A stretch of 64,000 bases of DNA from a virus. The notes beneath the pieces were generated by a model. The model did no database searches. It saw only the letters and a list, made by a program, of their open reading frames with translations, and was not told where the DNA came from. The stretch spans positions 1 to 64,000 of the IMG/VR virus record IMGVR_UViG_3300032307_000516, one strand, 5' to 3'. Of the stretch, positions 15,946 to 25,293 are shown piece after piece (position 1 is the stretch's first letter; every line of letters starts with the position of its first letter). The translations under genes were made by a program, and so were the position numbers.

Positions 15946-16030
15946 CGGAGTGTTGAGCAATTGGCTGCTCAGCTGACTGTAAATCAGCCGCCTTACGGCA
16001 TTGGGGGTTCGAATCCCTCCGCTCCGACCA
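15946..16030 (+). tRNA. tRNA-Tyr(GTA) with C1:G72
   Basis: CGGAGTG/CGCTCCG-A-CCA, loop CTGTAAA, variable arm. Confidence 0.92.
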
Positions 16031-16033
16031 AAT

Positions 16034-16108
16034 GCAGGTATCGTATAACGGTCATTACTTCTGACTTCCAATCAGAAGATCTCGGTTCGATTCCGGGTAC
16101 CTGCTCCA
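16034..16108 (+). tRNA. tRNA-Gly(TCC)
   Basis: Cloverleaf, loop CTTCCAA, U73, CCA. Confidence 0.93.
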
Positions 16109-16111
16109 AAT

Positions 16112-16151
16112 GCCGGGTGATCCTCTCGTTGAATCACGAGAGCCGGCTCCA
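16112..16151 (+). ncRNA. CCA-ended 12-bp minihelix (tRNA top-half mimic)
   Basis: GCCGG-gtgatc-CTCTCGT-tgaatc-ACGAGAG-CCGGC-T-CCA. Confidence 0.55.
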
Positions 16152-16152
16152 C

Positions 16153-16226
16153 GGGGGATTAGCTCAGTTGGCTAGAGTACTTGCCTTGCACGCAAGGGGT
16201 CATCGGTTCGAATCCGATATCCTCCA
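16153..16226 (+). tRNA. tRNA-Ala(TGC)
   Basis: Cloverleaf, G3:U70, loop CTTGCAC. Confidence 0.95.
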
Positions 16227-16235
16227 CTTTTATAT

Positions 16236-16308
16236 GGCGAGTTAGCTCAGTTGGTAGAGCGTCGGAATCATACCCCGAAGGTCGGCAGTTCGAACCTGCC
16301 ACTCGCTA
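16236..16308 (+). tRNA. tRNA-Met(CAT), elongator
   Basis: Cloverleaf, loop ATCATAC. Confidence 0.88.
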
Positions 16309-16310
16309 CT

Positions 16311-16387
16311 GTGACGGTAGCTCAGTTGGTTAGAGCGTCTGATTGTGGTTCAGAAGGTCGGGGGTTCGATTCCCCTCTGTCACCCCA
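16311..16387 (+). tRNA. tRNA-His(GTG)
   Basis: Cloverleaf, loop TTGTGGT, C73, CCA; the -1 base is T rather than G. Confidence 0.92.
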
Positions 16388-16388
16388 T

Positions 16389-16461
16389 GCCTTTGTAGCT
16401 CAGCTGGTAGAGCGCTTCACTTGTAATGAAGATGTCGCAGGTTCGATCCCTGTCAAAGGCT
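16389..16461 (+). tRNA. tRNA-Thr(TGT)
   Basis: Cloverleaf, loop CTTGTAA. Confidence 0.95.
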
Positions 16462-16467
16462 CTATAA

Positions 16468-16540
16468 TGTCCTGTGGTGTAATTGGCAACACGTCTGATT
16501 TTGGTTCAGAAGAGTCCAGGTTCGAGCCCTGGCGGGACAT
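16468..16540 (+). tRNA. tRNA-Gln(TTG)
   Basis: Cloverleaf, loop TTTTGGT. Confidence 0.93.
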
Positions 16541-16586
16541 CTAAAAAATAAGATAAATACAATAACCAGTATGTAAAAATAGAGCT

Positions 16587-17075
16587 ATGAAAGTGCTAGT
16601 ATTAAATAATGACTTTACGCCTATAAGCGTTACCGATTTTGCCCGGGGATTTAAGCTTGTATATAAAGGTAAAGCAGAAATTTTAGAGCACGATGAACAA
16701 AACCCAATTGTTACTGATCAAAGCACCTACAAAAGACCATCAGTAATTCGACTTCTAAAGTATGTTGTTTTGCCTTTCAAAAAGCTAAAACCTACAAGGG
16801 AAAATATCTTTAAAAGAGATGAGATGAAATGTATCTATTGTGATACATCAAAAAATCTCACAATAGATCACGTTTTTCCCAGATCTAGAGGTGGTGGTAA
16901 CACATGGGAAAATTTAGCTACATGCTGTTCAAAATGTAACGGTAGAAAAGGAGATAGAACCCCGGAAGAAGCCGGAATGAAAATGAGACAAAAGCCATTT
17001 AAACCCGGATATGGCTATTTCATAAGGAATTTTTCCAAAGGAATAGATGTGTGGACAGCATATCTTCCAGATTAA
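16587..17075 (+). CDS. HNH endonuclease (McrA-like)
   Basis: CIYC...LTIDHVFPRSRGGGNTWENLATCCSKCN. Confidence 0.92.
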   Translation: MKVLVLNNDFTPISVTDFARGFKLVYKGKAEILEHDEQNPIVTDQSTYKRPSVIRLLKYVVLPFKKLKPTRENIFKRDEMKCIYCDTSKNLTIDHVFPRSRGGGNTWENLATCCSKCNGRKGDRTPEEAGMKMRQKPFKPGYGYFIRNFSKGIDVWTAYLPD

Positions 17076-17146
17076 TAATTTATAGGAATCGTTTTTTTTA
17101 TTCTAGAAGTTTCTATATTTTTATCATAACCAAAAATGTAAAATAT

Positions 17147-17698
17147 ATGAAATACTATTTAATCATCCTATTATCAGCATTTATAGGTTTTAATTCTTTC
17201 TCACAAAGTGCTATAGAAAAAGAGTTATTAAATCAGCTTAATGTTTATCGTAAAAGCAAAGGTTTAGGACCTATGTCTATCGATGCAAAATTATACGATG
17301 TAGCATTATATCATTCTAGATACTTAGAACAATGCGCAATAGTAGGACATAATACACATTATGATAAATTGCCTCACGATGAGCAGTTCGATATCAAAAA
17401 CCACAAAGAAATGAATACAGATCTTCGTGCTGCGATGTATCCAGATGGAAATATGTACGGGGAAATATCAATGCAATCTTTTTTAATCGATTCGACTGCT
17501 AATGTTACTAAAATATGTAAATCAATAATCGATCAATTCGCAGGGTCTCCAAATCACAAAGAAATCATGGTTACAGATTTTGGTACGGATAAAAGATTAA
17601 AACCAATTGTGGGTATTTCAGTAATACAGGTAAAATGCGATATTCCAGGAAACTATAAGTATGTCGTAAATATAGATTTCGGGGTTATTACTTTTTAA
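17147..17698 (+). CDS. Secreted CAP/SCP-domain protein
   Basis: Signal peptide from ATG 17147; LNVYRKSKGL, HSRY and SPNHKEIM motifs. Confidence 0.75.
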   Translation: MKYYLIILLSAFIGFNSFSQSAIEKELLNQLNVYRKSKGLGPMSIDAKLYDVALYHSRYLEQCAIVGHNTHYDKLPHDEQFDIKNHKEMNTDLRAAMYPDGNMYGEISMQSFLIDSTANVTKICKSIIDQFAGSPNHKEIMVTDFGTDKRLKPIVGISVIQVKCDIPGNYKYVVNIDFGVITF

Positions 17699-18983
17699 CA
17701 TCTCCTCCACAGGTTGCAGCTAAACTAAAAGCTGTACCTGCACAAGGTGAAAATACCACCATATCTAATGAGTCTTTTACAAATGTTTTATTTACTTTTA
17801 TAGTTATATCATCAATATCGACAACATTAGGCATTGGTAATTTTTTGGACTTTATTAAACTTGATGTGGTCATACCCGCTTTATTATCCGAATATGTAGT
17901 ATATTTGCTTATATCGTAAGTTGAGTATACCTCTATTTTTCCTTGAGCATCAAAGAAATTAGGATTTAATGATTTAATATCGCCTTTAAGTCCTAATTTT
18001 TTAATTCTTGCATTAATTCCATTAACTAGAGCGTTTCCTTTGTTGTATACTTCATTTAATGCTTTTTTGTAATCCTTGACCATATATGTTTTATTGTCTA
18101 TGATTCTTTTTTCTGGCATTAATCCGTTTCCTTTTTCTGCTTCTGCTTTTGCTTTAGTGAAAACCGCCTCATCATAAGGCTCTACTACCACTCCTCCTAA
18201 AGATCCGCAGAAAGGAGAAAGCCTATGTTCGTCGTTATATTTATAGAGGAATGAATCTGGTACAGTTTGTGGGTTGAAATTAATATTCATTACGTCTCCT
18301 GCTTTTGCTATGATATAAACATTCTTATCGTATCCAGCAAAGAAGTTCTCTGACGTACCTTTACCACCTCTTCCTGTAGTTGTTTTGTTACAAGAGACCT
18401 TTCTATCCTCTTCTATTTTTTCTCCCTCTGCATCGATACCTGATGATATCTTTTGATATTTTTTAAATTCCTCAGAATCCTTATCTGAGCCAGATTTATA
18501 CTCTGGACCTTGATTAGGTTTTGGTGTTTTTGTTATCTTAACCTTATTTTTAACATTAGCAAGGAAAGTCTCCTTCTCTTCTGTTTTAAGAGCTAGATAT
18601 TTAAAAAGTAAATCATTTATTATTCCCTCTAATGTTTCCAATCTTGCTTTAGCAAGTCCGGTATTTGATAGATCTGTATATCCGGATTCTTTTAAAGCAG
18701 CTTTCGCATTAGGTCCTAAAGGTACTTTACTTGTGGATGCTATTAGGTTAATATTAAGTCTTTGTCCTATATAGTCTTGTGATTTCATAATGGGCAATAT
18801 ACCTTTTCTGAAATCATTTTCTATTTTTTTTAAAGATTCCTCGCTAATATCTTTTTTTAAGAATTTACCGGAATCGAAATTAAAATCCCAGTCAACTTCT
18901 TGATTTCCTGGTTTTTCTTCCTCATATACTTTATTGTATGATTCGTTAATAAATTCTGTAAATGATAATACTGATCTTTTCAT
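17688..18983 (-). CDS. Hypothetical protein with capsid-targeting-like N-terminus
   Basis: Starts MKRSVLSFTEFINES; GATATATA upstream on the minus strand. Confidence 0.65.
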   Translation of the reverse strand: MKRSVLSFTEFINESYNKVYEEEKPGNQEVDWDFNFDSGKFLKKDISEESLKKIENDFRKGILPIMKSQDYIGQRLNINLIASTSKVPLGPNAKAALKESGYTDLSNTGLAKARLETLEGIINDLLFKYLALKTEEKETFLANVKNKVKITKTPKPNQGPEYKSGSDKDSEEFKKYQKISSGIDAEGEKIEEDRKVSCNKTTTGRGGKGTSENFFAGYDKNVYIIAKAGDVMNINFNPQTVPDSFLYKYNDEHRLSPFCGSLGGVVVEPYDEAVFTKAKAEAEKGNGLMPEKRIIDNKTYMVKDYKKALNEVYNKGNALVNGINARIKKLGLKGDIKSLNPNFFDAQGKIEVYSTYDISKYTTYSDNKAGMTTSSLIKSKKLPMPNVVDIDDITIKVNKTFVKDSLDMVVFSPCAGTAFSLAATCGGDVKK

Positions 18984-19061
18984 CTTAATATATTTTTATA
19001 TATATCCCTCATATTTTGGAATTTTTGGGATAATATTTAGTATAACAATAAAAAGAAATAT

Positions 19062-20126
19062 ATGCTATTTGACTTTGACGATATTCTTATCGAACCAGAA
19101 ATGCACACATCGATACTTTCTAGAAAAAAAGTAGACGTATTCGACGAGAAACAAATGCTCCCTCTTTTTACAGCTCCAATGGATACAGTAATTAGTATGG
19201 AAAATTGTGATTTTTTCAATTACGAAAGAATATACGGGATTATTCCAAGAAAGTTAAATTACGAATTAACAGACATCTCGACCGACTATAAAATGTGGTT
19301 TTCTTATGGTTTAGATGATTTTAAGAGACTTTTTATTGATAATAAGGCTAACATAGGTCTAGGAGAGAAAGCGTACGCCTTAATTGATATAGCGAACGGA
19401 CATATGAAGATTGTAAAAGATCTAGTTGAACAATCTAAAGAGATCTATGGAAGAAGCTTAGTTATTATGGTTGGTAATTGTGCTAATCCTTTAACTTATC
19501 TTTCTTTAGCACAGGCAGGAGCTGATTATGTTAGAATGGGTATTGGAAACGGAGCAGGATGTTTAACAACAGTACAAACTGGTGTTGGTTATCCTATGGC
19601 ATCACTTATTCACGAAACAGCAAAGATTCAGCAAGAGAGAAATCTACAAACTAAAATAGTTGCTGACGGGGGATTCAAAAAATATTCTGACGTTATAAAA
19701 GCTTTAGCTCTTGGAGCAGATTATGTAATGTTAGGTAGTATCCTTAATAAAGCTCTAGAAAGTTGTGGAGAGACGTATGAAGAGAATAGAAAATATGATT
19801 CTTGGACAGAGCCAGGAGAAAAAGTTGATCAGTACTCCAAAGATGTTTTTAACCAATTCGTTTCAGGTAAGAAATACTTTAAGAAGTTTAGAGGTATGTC
19901 TACGAAGGAGGTTCAGAAAAGCTTAGGTAAAACCGATCTAAAGACTTCCGAAGGAATCAGTAAGATGCAGCCTGTTGAATATACACTTAACGGATGGACA
20001 GAAAATTTCAAGGACTATCTTAAATCTGCAATGAGTTATACTGATTGTCTGACTCTAGGAGAATTTATTGGCAAAGTGAGGTTCAATAAAATCACTAAAA
20101 ATTCTATGGAAAGATACCTAAAATAG
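19062..20126 (+). CDS. IMP dehydrogenase/GMP reductase family protein
   Basis: APMDTV, DIANGH, GIGNGAGCLT, VADGG and FRGMST motifs. Confidence 0.9.
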   Translation: MLFDFDDILIEPEMHTSILSRKKVDVFDEKQMLPLFTAPMDTVISMENCDFFNYERIYGIIPRKLNYELTDISTDYKMWFSYGLDDFKRLFIDNKANIGLGEKAYALIDIANGHMKIVKDLVEQSKEIYGRSLVIMVGNCANPLTYLSLAQAGADYVRMGIGNGAGCLTTVQTGVGYPMASLIHETAKIQQERNLQTKIVADGGFKKYSDVIKALALGADYVMLGSILNKALESCGETYEENRKYDSWTEPGEKVDQYSKDVFNQFVSGKKYFKKFRGMSTKEVQKSLGKTDLKTSEGISKMQPVEYTLNGWTENFKDYLKSAMSYTDCLTLGEFIGKVRFNKITKNSMERYLK

Positions 20127-20167
20127 GAAACTAGCTCAGGTTTTTTAGTATAATAAGAAAAGATTTA

Positions 20168-20962
20168 ATGAAAAAGTTTGGAAGATTTAATGACGTGATC
20201 CGTTGGACCGCTCAGCAGATGTATGATTACTCATATATTGTTCATACTGAAAAATGGCAAGGAAAGGAAATCAAACACGATCCTAGATATGCTATGATCG
20301 AAACATTAAATCTTTCATTCTCTTGTCAGATGTCACCAGATATAAAAGTTATAGGTGAACAAATTAAACCTAATTTTGCATGGGCAGACGAACACTTCGA
20401 GGAAAGAGTTAGCGGTTCTCCTCTTAATCCACCTCCTTCTCATGTTCGTTGGCCTTATGCACAAAAAAATAATTCAGAATTTGGAGGAGAAGAAAAATTC
20501 TCACACACCTATCCTGAAAGAATCTGGCCTAAATATGGCGAATTAGATAGCAATAGTAAAGAGGAAAAGATCAAGGGTATCAGATATGATTATGGAGATT
20601 TTAGTGATGTTGTTGATTTAATGGTTAGAGAACCTTTCACCAGACAAGCATTTCTTCCTATCTGGTTTCCTGAAGATACCGGATCCGTTCACGGAGAAAG
20701 AGTACCTTGTACTATCGGATATCATTTCATAAGAAGAGGAGATTGGGTTCATGTTGTTTATTACATCAGATCTTGCGATTTCTTTAGACATTTCAGAGAC
20801 GATATTTATCTTTGTGCTAAAAAAGTATTTTGGTTAATTGAAGAATGTAAGAAAAAAGATCCAGAAAATTGGAAAGATGTAAAACCGGGAATGCTCACTA
20901 TGCACATTACCTCTTTACATGCTTGGGCATCTGAAAAGCCTATGCTTAAGAATTTATTATAA
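20168..20962 (+). CDS. Thymidylate-synthase-fold pyrimidine (hydroxy)methyltransferase
   Basis: TRQA, VPCT (catalytic Cys), YIRSCD and SLHAW motifs. Confidence 0.8.
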   Translation: MKKFGRFNDVIRWTAQQMYDYSYIVHTEKWQGKEIKHDPRYAMIETLNLSFSCQMSPDIKVIGEQIKPNFAWADEHFEERVSGSPLNPPPSHVRWPYAQKNNSEFGGEEKFSHTYPERIWPKYGELDSNSKEEKIKGIRYDYGDFSDVVDLMVREPFTRQAFLPIWFPEDTGSVHGERVPCTIGYHFIRRGDWVHVVYYIRSCDFFRHFRDDIYLCAKKVFWLIEECKKKDPENWKDVKPGMLTMHITSLHAWASEKPMLKNLL

Positions 20963-20975
20963 GGATATATAATAG

Positions 20976-21785
20976 ATGCTAAAACATCTAAGAGACTTTA
21001 AAAACTTCCTAAACGAATCTATAAGAATAGAGAAAGTAGATCCTGCGTCATATCAAGACGAGACTGTTACTGCTTTACCGTATTCAAAACTCATAGATGA
21101 AAATCGACAAGCGTTTCTTAAAAAAGTTGTAAGAATATCAGAGGATTTAGGAATAGATCCTTTATGGCTTATGCACACTATTTTTCATGAAAGCGAATTC
21201 GATCCAAAGAAAAAAGATAGGATGTCTGGAGCAGTTGGGCTTTTATCTTTTATGCCTTTAGTTATACAAAAATTTATAGATACAGAAAGCGGTAAAACTT
21301 TAACTCCCAATGATGTTCTACAGATGTCCAATATCGATCAACTAGATATTATTAGATCTTTTTATAAGGCCTGGTTCGAAAGAATGAGACTAAAAAAACC
21401 TATAGTAGCTGGAGATTTTGCAGCAATTACTTTTTATCCTGCAGTAATAAAAAAAGATTGGGAGTGGGAATTTCCGGATTATATTGTAGAAAAGAATAAC
21501 CAAATGTTTAAATCGTTCCCGTCAGGGGGTAGAACAAAGAAAGATTACTATGAATATATCGATCAGGTTTTTAAAAACGATAAAGAATATAGTGATTTTA
21601 GCGATAGACTACTAGGTAATTTTACAGGAGCTATAGCTGAGCCTGGAGAATATGAAAATAAAAAACCTTTAGAATATTATAGAGAACTTCTTACAAGTAT
21701 AGAAGACCCGGTTCTTAGTCAACAATCTCAAGCACAACTACAGGACCAACAAGAGACTGAAAAATTTAAACAATCAGACAAATAA
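20976..21785 (+). CDS. SLT-type lytic transglycosylase with capsid-targeting-like N-terminus
   Basis: FHESEFDP...SGAVGLLSFMP; starts MLKHLRDFKNFLNES. Confidence 0.75.
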   Translation: MLKHLRDFKNFLNESIRIEKVDPASYQDETVTALPYSKLIDENRQAFLKKVVRISEDLGIDPLWLMHTIFHESEFDPKKKDRMSGAVGLLSFMPLVIQKFIDTESGKTLTPNDVLQMSNIDQLDIIRSFYKAWFERMRLKKPIVAGDFAAITFYPAVIKKDWEWEFPDYIVEKNNQMFKSFPSGGRTKKDYYEYIDQVFKNDKEYSDFSDRLLGNFTGAIAEPGEYENKKPLEYYRELLTSIEDPVLSQQSQAQLQDQQETEKFKQSDK

Positions 21786-21796
21786 AAAACGAAGCT

Positions 21797-22063
21797 ATGA
21801 AATTTATTACTAATTTTTTTAAAAAACTGTTTGGTAAAACAGAAAAAAATATCGAAGATAAAGATATCGATATCAGAATAGAAATATGGGAGCCACCAAA
21901 GAATGTTGAGATCTATCAAGAAATAAGAGAAGATCACGAAAAATCCCAAGTAGAATTAAAACCAAAAAAGAAAAAACCTTCTAAGCCAAGAGCTAAAAAA
22001 GAGGATAATTCTAAACCAGTTGAAGCTCCTAAAAAAACCACAAGAAAGAAAAAATCGGAGTAA
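21797..22063 (+). CDS. Hypothetical Lys-rich protein
   Basis: 88-aa ORF. Confidence 0.5.
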   Translation: MKFITNFFKKLFGKTEKNIEDKDIDIRIEIWEPPKNVEIYQEIREDHEKSQVELKPKKKKPSKPRAKKEDNSKPVEAPKKTTRKKKSE

Positions 22064-22190
22064 TTCTTGGAACTTTTTAAGTCTTAGTTATATAATAATA
22101 GAACTAGAGGTTTCTAGTCACTTCCCGGTCAACAAACCGTAGAGCTTTCAGAAATGGACGCAAAGGAAGGGGCCAAATAAAATAATCTTT

Positions 22191-23039
22191 ATGTATTATT
22201 CAACGCCAAGTGGGATGTCGCAGTGTACTGCTAGCATCACAAGAAACAGAAACAGAGCCAAAATTTATGGCGATTCCATCTATCTGAAAGATGGAGAGAA
22301 CTTCGAGATTGAATTATTCAATCCAACCACAGCAAGGGTACTTGCGAAAATCACTATCAACGGTAAGTCAATTTCAAATTCAGGAATTGTATTAAAGCCA
22401 GGGGAAAGAGTTTACCTTGAAAGATTTATTGATTCCAACAATAAATTTGTTTTTGAAACCTACGAGGTTGAAAAATCTAACGAGGCTTTAAATGCTATTG
22501 TAGACAATGGATTAATCAAGATTGAGTTTTTTAACGAGATCACATTAAATTCTGGTTTTACCCTACAAGGATCAACAGGGTTTGGATCAACGATAACAAC
22601 CCTTGGTACTAATTATCAGTATACCTCACAAGGTCCTATTGGTACTGTTGGTCCTAGTGGTACAATAGGATTAAATAGTATAACTAACGATTCTTATTTC
22701 AATAATTCAACACTTACTGCATCTTTTGGAGGAACAACATCGAATAATATTTTCGTTACTACTTCAATGATAAATGAATCTATTAAGGGATCCAACGAAA
22801 GTAATTCTAAAGGAATTGAAACAGGAAGAATTGAGAAAGGTGAATCTAGCGAACAATCTTTCTCAACTACTAATGGTAATTTTAGCTATTTTCCTACAAC
22901 AACTATTTCTTATCGATTGTTACCAACTTCAGCAAAACCAGTAGAGACTTCTGAAATTAGAAACTATTGTACTGGATGTGGATCTAGAATAAAGAAATCC
23001 AGCTGGAAATTCTGCCCTTCGTGCGGTGAAAAATTCTAA
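22191..23039 (+). CDS. Hypothetical protein with C-terminal zinc ribbon
   Basis: YCTGCG...FCPSCG. Confidence 0.7.
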   Translation: MYYSTPSGMSQCTASITRNRNRAKIYGDSIYLKDGENFEIELFNPTTARVLAKITINGKSISNSGIVLKPGERVYLERFIDSNNKFVFETYEVEKSNEALNAIVDNGLIKIEFFNEITLNSGFTLQGSTGFGSTITTLGTNYQYTSQGPIGTVGPSGTIGLNSITNDSYFNNSTLTASFGGTTSNNIFVTTSMINESIKGSNESNSKGIETGRIEKGESSEQSFSTTNGNFSYFPTTTISYRLLPTSAKPVETSEIRNYCTGCGSRIKKSSWKFCPSCGEKF

Positions 23040-23049
23040 ACCTTACTAC

Positions 23050-23088
23050 ACAAAAAACCCAGGAGAGATCCTGGGTTTGTAGTTTTTA
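23050..23088. terminator. Bidirectional terminator between convergent genes
   Basis: AAACCCAGGA-GAGA-TCCTGGGTTT flanked by A- and T-runs. Confidence 0.7.
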
Positions 23089-23874
23089 TAGGTATTGTGA
23101 CCAGTCGTTAGCCATTTCAGCTTGAGAAATCTCCATATCAGTATAAGGTCTAATATTTTGTAATGGAGTTCCTTGGTAAGACATATAAGCATCTTTAGGA
23201 ACTGGGATTTGATATTGAGGTTCTCCTCCATATCCTCCGTACATACTAGCAGAAGCAGTAGATGGCATAGATCCAGTTTTAGGACCAAACATCCATTCAG
23301 TAAATTTAACACCAGTTTTTAAATTTCTTGCCTCTTTTTTAAGTGCTCTAATTTTTGAAGTATCTTTAGCTAGATTAGTAAGATGAGCACCTCCGTTAGT
23401 AACGAATTTTTTTAGAGATCCTAACATTTTACCAGTATAAGGCGCTATACCAGCGAACTTTGAAGTAAATTTAGCACTTTTAAAAAAAGCTGCTATTTTC
23501 GGGAAGAATTTTGCTACTAGATTTACCAATGGTTTTAGGATTGATCCTCCGATTGCTGCACCTTTTCCTAAAGCTTTAACAAGTAATGTACCACCAGCTC
23601 CGATGTATTGTCCGAAAATTGGAATTAATCCTATAGCACAAAGTCCTGCTAGAAGATATTCTCCCTGTTTAGCGTAAGAAACTAAGTTAATTCCCTCTGC
23701 TACCGAACCAACACCTGGAATCAAAGCTGCGAAGTCTAATACTGTATTATACCAATGCTCTAGTAATTGTGGATCCTCCGAATTGAGATAATCTAATGAT
23801 TCTTTTATCTGTTGAGGAGAAAAATGTATTTTGTTCTCTGATATAAATTGGTCTATAGACAATAAATTCTCCAT
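23086..23874 (-). CDS. Hydrophobic protein with pre-toxin-TG-like segment and capsid-targeting-like N-terminus
   Basis: LDFAALIPGVGSVAEGIN...IGLIPIFG; starts MENLLSIDQFISEN. Confidence 0.6.
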   Translation of the reverse strand: MENLLSIDQFISENKIHFSPQQIKESLDYLNSEDPQLLEHWYNTVLDFAALIPGVGSVAEGINLVSYAKQGEYLLAGLCAIGLIPIFGQYIGAGGTLLVKALGKGAAIGGSILKPLVNLVAKFFPKIAAFFKSAKFTSKFAGIAPYTGKMLGSLKKFVTNGGAHLTNLAKDTSKIRALKKEARNLKTGVKFTEWMFGPKTGSMPSTASASMYGGYGGEPQYQIPVPKDAYMSYQGTPLQNIRPYTDMEISQAEMANDWSQYL

Positions 23875-23936
23875 GAATTTTTTATTTTATATATCCCTGA
23901 TTCGAATCTTTTACATTTAGATACACTATAAATATC

Positions 23937-24293
23937 ATGTTATACAGATCAAATAAGATTTACGTCGACGATTCCTCAATACACGGGAGAGGAGTTTTTT
24001 GTTCCGATACAATAAAGCAAGGAGAAATTCTAGAGGAGTGCCACTTTTTCTTGGTTCCTCCTGGATTAGAATATCCAGCTATTTTACATGATCATTTTTT
24101 TAGCTGGCCAAAAAGGGGAGAGGGATTATGTATATGCCTTGGTTTTGGAAGCATATTTAATCATTCAGATTCGGGATTTAATGCAGACTGGGAAACAGAC
24201 ACACAGAAAAATAAAATAATATTTTTTGCTACACGAGAAATAAATCCAGGGGAAGAAATATTTACAAATTATCAAAAGCCTGGAAATATCTAA
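23937..24293 (+). CDS. SET-domain protein (putative lysine methyltransferase)
   Basis: HGRGVF, FNHS and ATREINPGEEIFTNY motifs. Confidence 0.9.
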   Translation: MLYRSNKIYVDDSSIHGRGVFCSDTIKQGEILEECHFFLVPPGLEYPAILHDHFFSWPKRGEGLCICLGFGSIFNHSDSGFNADWETDTQKNKIIFFATREINPGEEIFTNYQKPGNI

Positions 24294-24351
24294 GGAAACA
24301 TTTTTTTATAAACAAAATAATAGTTACATTTACACTAATAAAATAATCGAT

Positions 24352-24621
24352 ATGGACATGGATAACATAAAAAAACTCCAAGATTTAGAAGATCAAATCG
24401 ATGAACTCTATGATGAACAATCGAGAAAACTCTATAATTATATAGAGACGATGGGTGAAAAAGCTTTCGAAGAAGGAAGCCCTTTATATAAATTTAGAGA
24501 CTCAGATCTTTTTGAGAGATTGATTAATCATTTTGAACAATTGGAGGAATACGAGAAGTGTGCATTTTTAGTAAAGGCATCTTGGAATATTAAAAGATCT
24601 ATAATAGAGAGCCTTCTCTAA
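24352..24621 (+). CDS. Hypothetical protein with UVR-like EEYEKCA motif
   Basis: 89-aa ORF. Confidence 0.55.
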   Translation: MDMDNIKKLQDLEDQIDELYDEQSRKLYNYIETMGEKAFEEGSPLYKFRDSDLFERLINHFEQLEEYEKCAFLVKASWNIKRSIIESLL

Positions 24622-24663
24622 AAACTTGGAAACTTATTTGCTACTTTCTACTATAAATATAGT

Positions 24664-24942
24664 ATGGAAAGGGGCAAAAAATATATCAAAAGATCTGCTG
24701 ATGGTAGATATTTTGTTTACATAGAAAAACCTGAATACATTATTGATAAGGAGAAGAAAACAAAGCTATGGCTTTCTTCTCCTTTTTTGTTTTCTGAGGC
24801 ATTCGACGATAATCCAATCGAAGCAGAAAAAACCCTAAATGCTCTTATTGAATGGAACGAGGAATCTCAGGACTTTGAGTCTTGTTCTAAACTTCTTAAT
24901 CTTAAGAGAAGTTTTCAAAATAATTCAAAACCGTTGAATTAA
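24664..24942 (+). CDS. Hypothetical protein
   Basis: 92-aa ORF. Confidence 0.5.
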   Translation: MERGKKYIKRSADGRYFVYIEKPEYIIDKEKKTKLWLSSPFLFSEAFDDNPIEAEKTLNALIEWNEESQDFESCSKLLNLKRSFQNNSKPLN

Positions 24943-24977
24943 AACGGTTTAATGAGGGTATAATAAAGAAAATACTT

Positions 24978-25283
24978 ATGGAAGAAATTTTTGAAAGTGA
25001 AAATTTGCTCTGTGGAAGAATGATTTCTTATTCAAAATCTTCTTACCGAAACCAGTTCCCCGAAAATGAGGTTTACTTCAATGCAAACATCTTTGTTTTA
25101 GGAGAGGGTAAAGTTTGGTATGGTGATATTGATGTTACTAAGGATAAGGAAAAATTGGAAAATATAGCAAGTGAAATTGGGAAAGACTTATACATCCTTA
25201 GAGAAATGGATGGAAGATTTGGAAATGAAGAATTAAAAGACTCTGAAATTATTACTAGAGCAATGTGTAAAATAACTAAATAA
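24978..25283 (+). CDS. Hypothetical protein
   Basis: 101-aa ORF upstream of uvsX. Confidence 0.6.
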   Translation: MEEIFESENLLCGRMISYSKSSYRNQFPENEVYFNANIFVLGEGKVWYGDIDVTKDKEKLENIASEIGKDLYILREMDGRFGNEELKDSEIITRAMCKITK

Positions 25284-25293
25284 GAAAAATAAG

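Noticed and set aside
16587-17075. HNH gene as an intron-borne or homing mobile element
   Set aside because: It is a free-standing McrA-like HNH with no interrupted host gene or intron structure visible.
22120-22175. c-di-GMP-I riboswitch-like words (CAAACC...GGACGCAAAG) upstream of the 22191 gene
   Set aside because: The second stem and tetraloop receptor are not evident. A structured leader is possible, but the riboswitch call is unsupported without an Rfam search.
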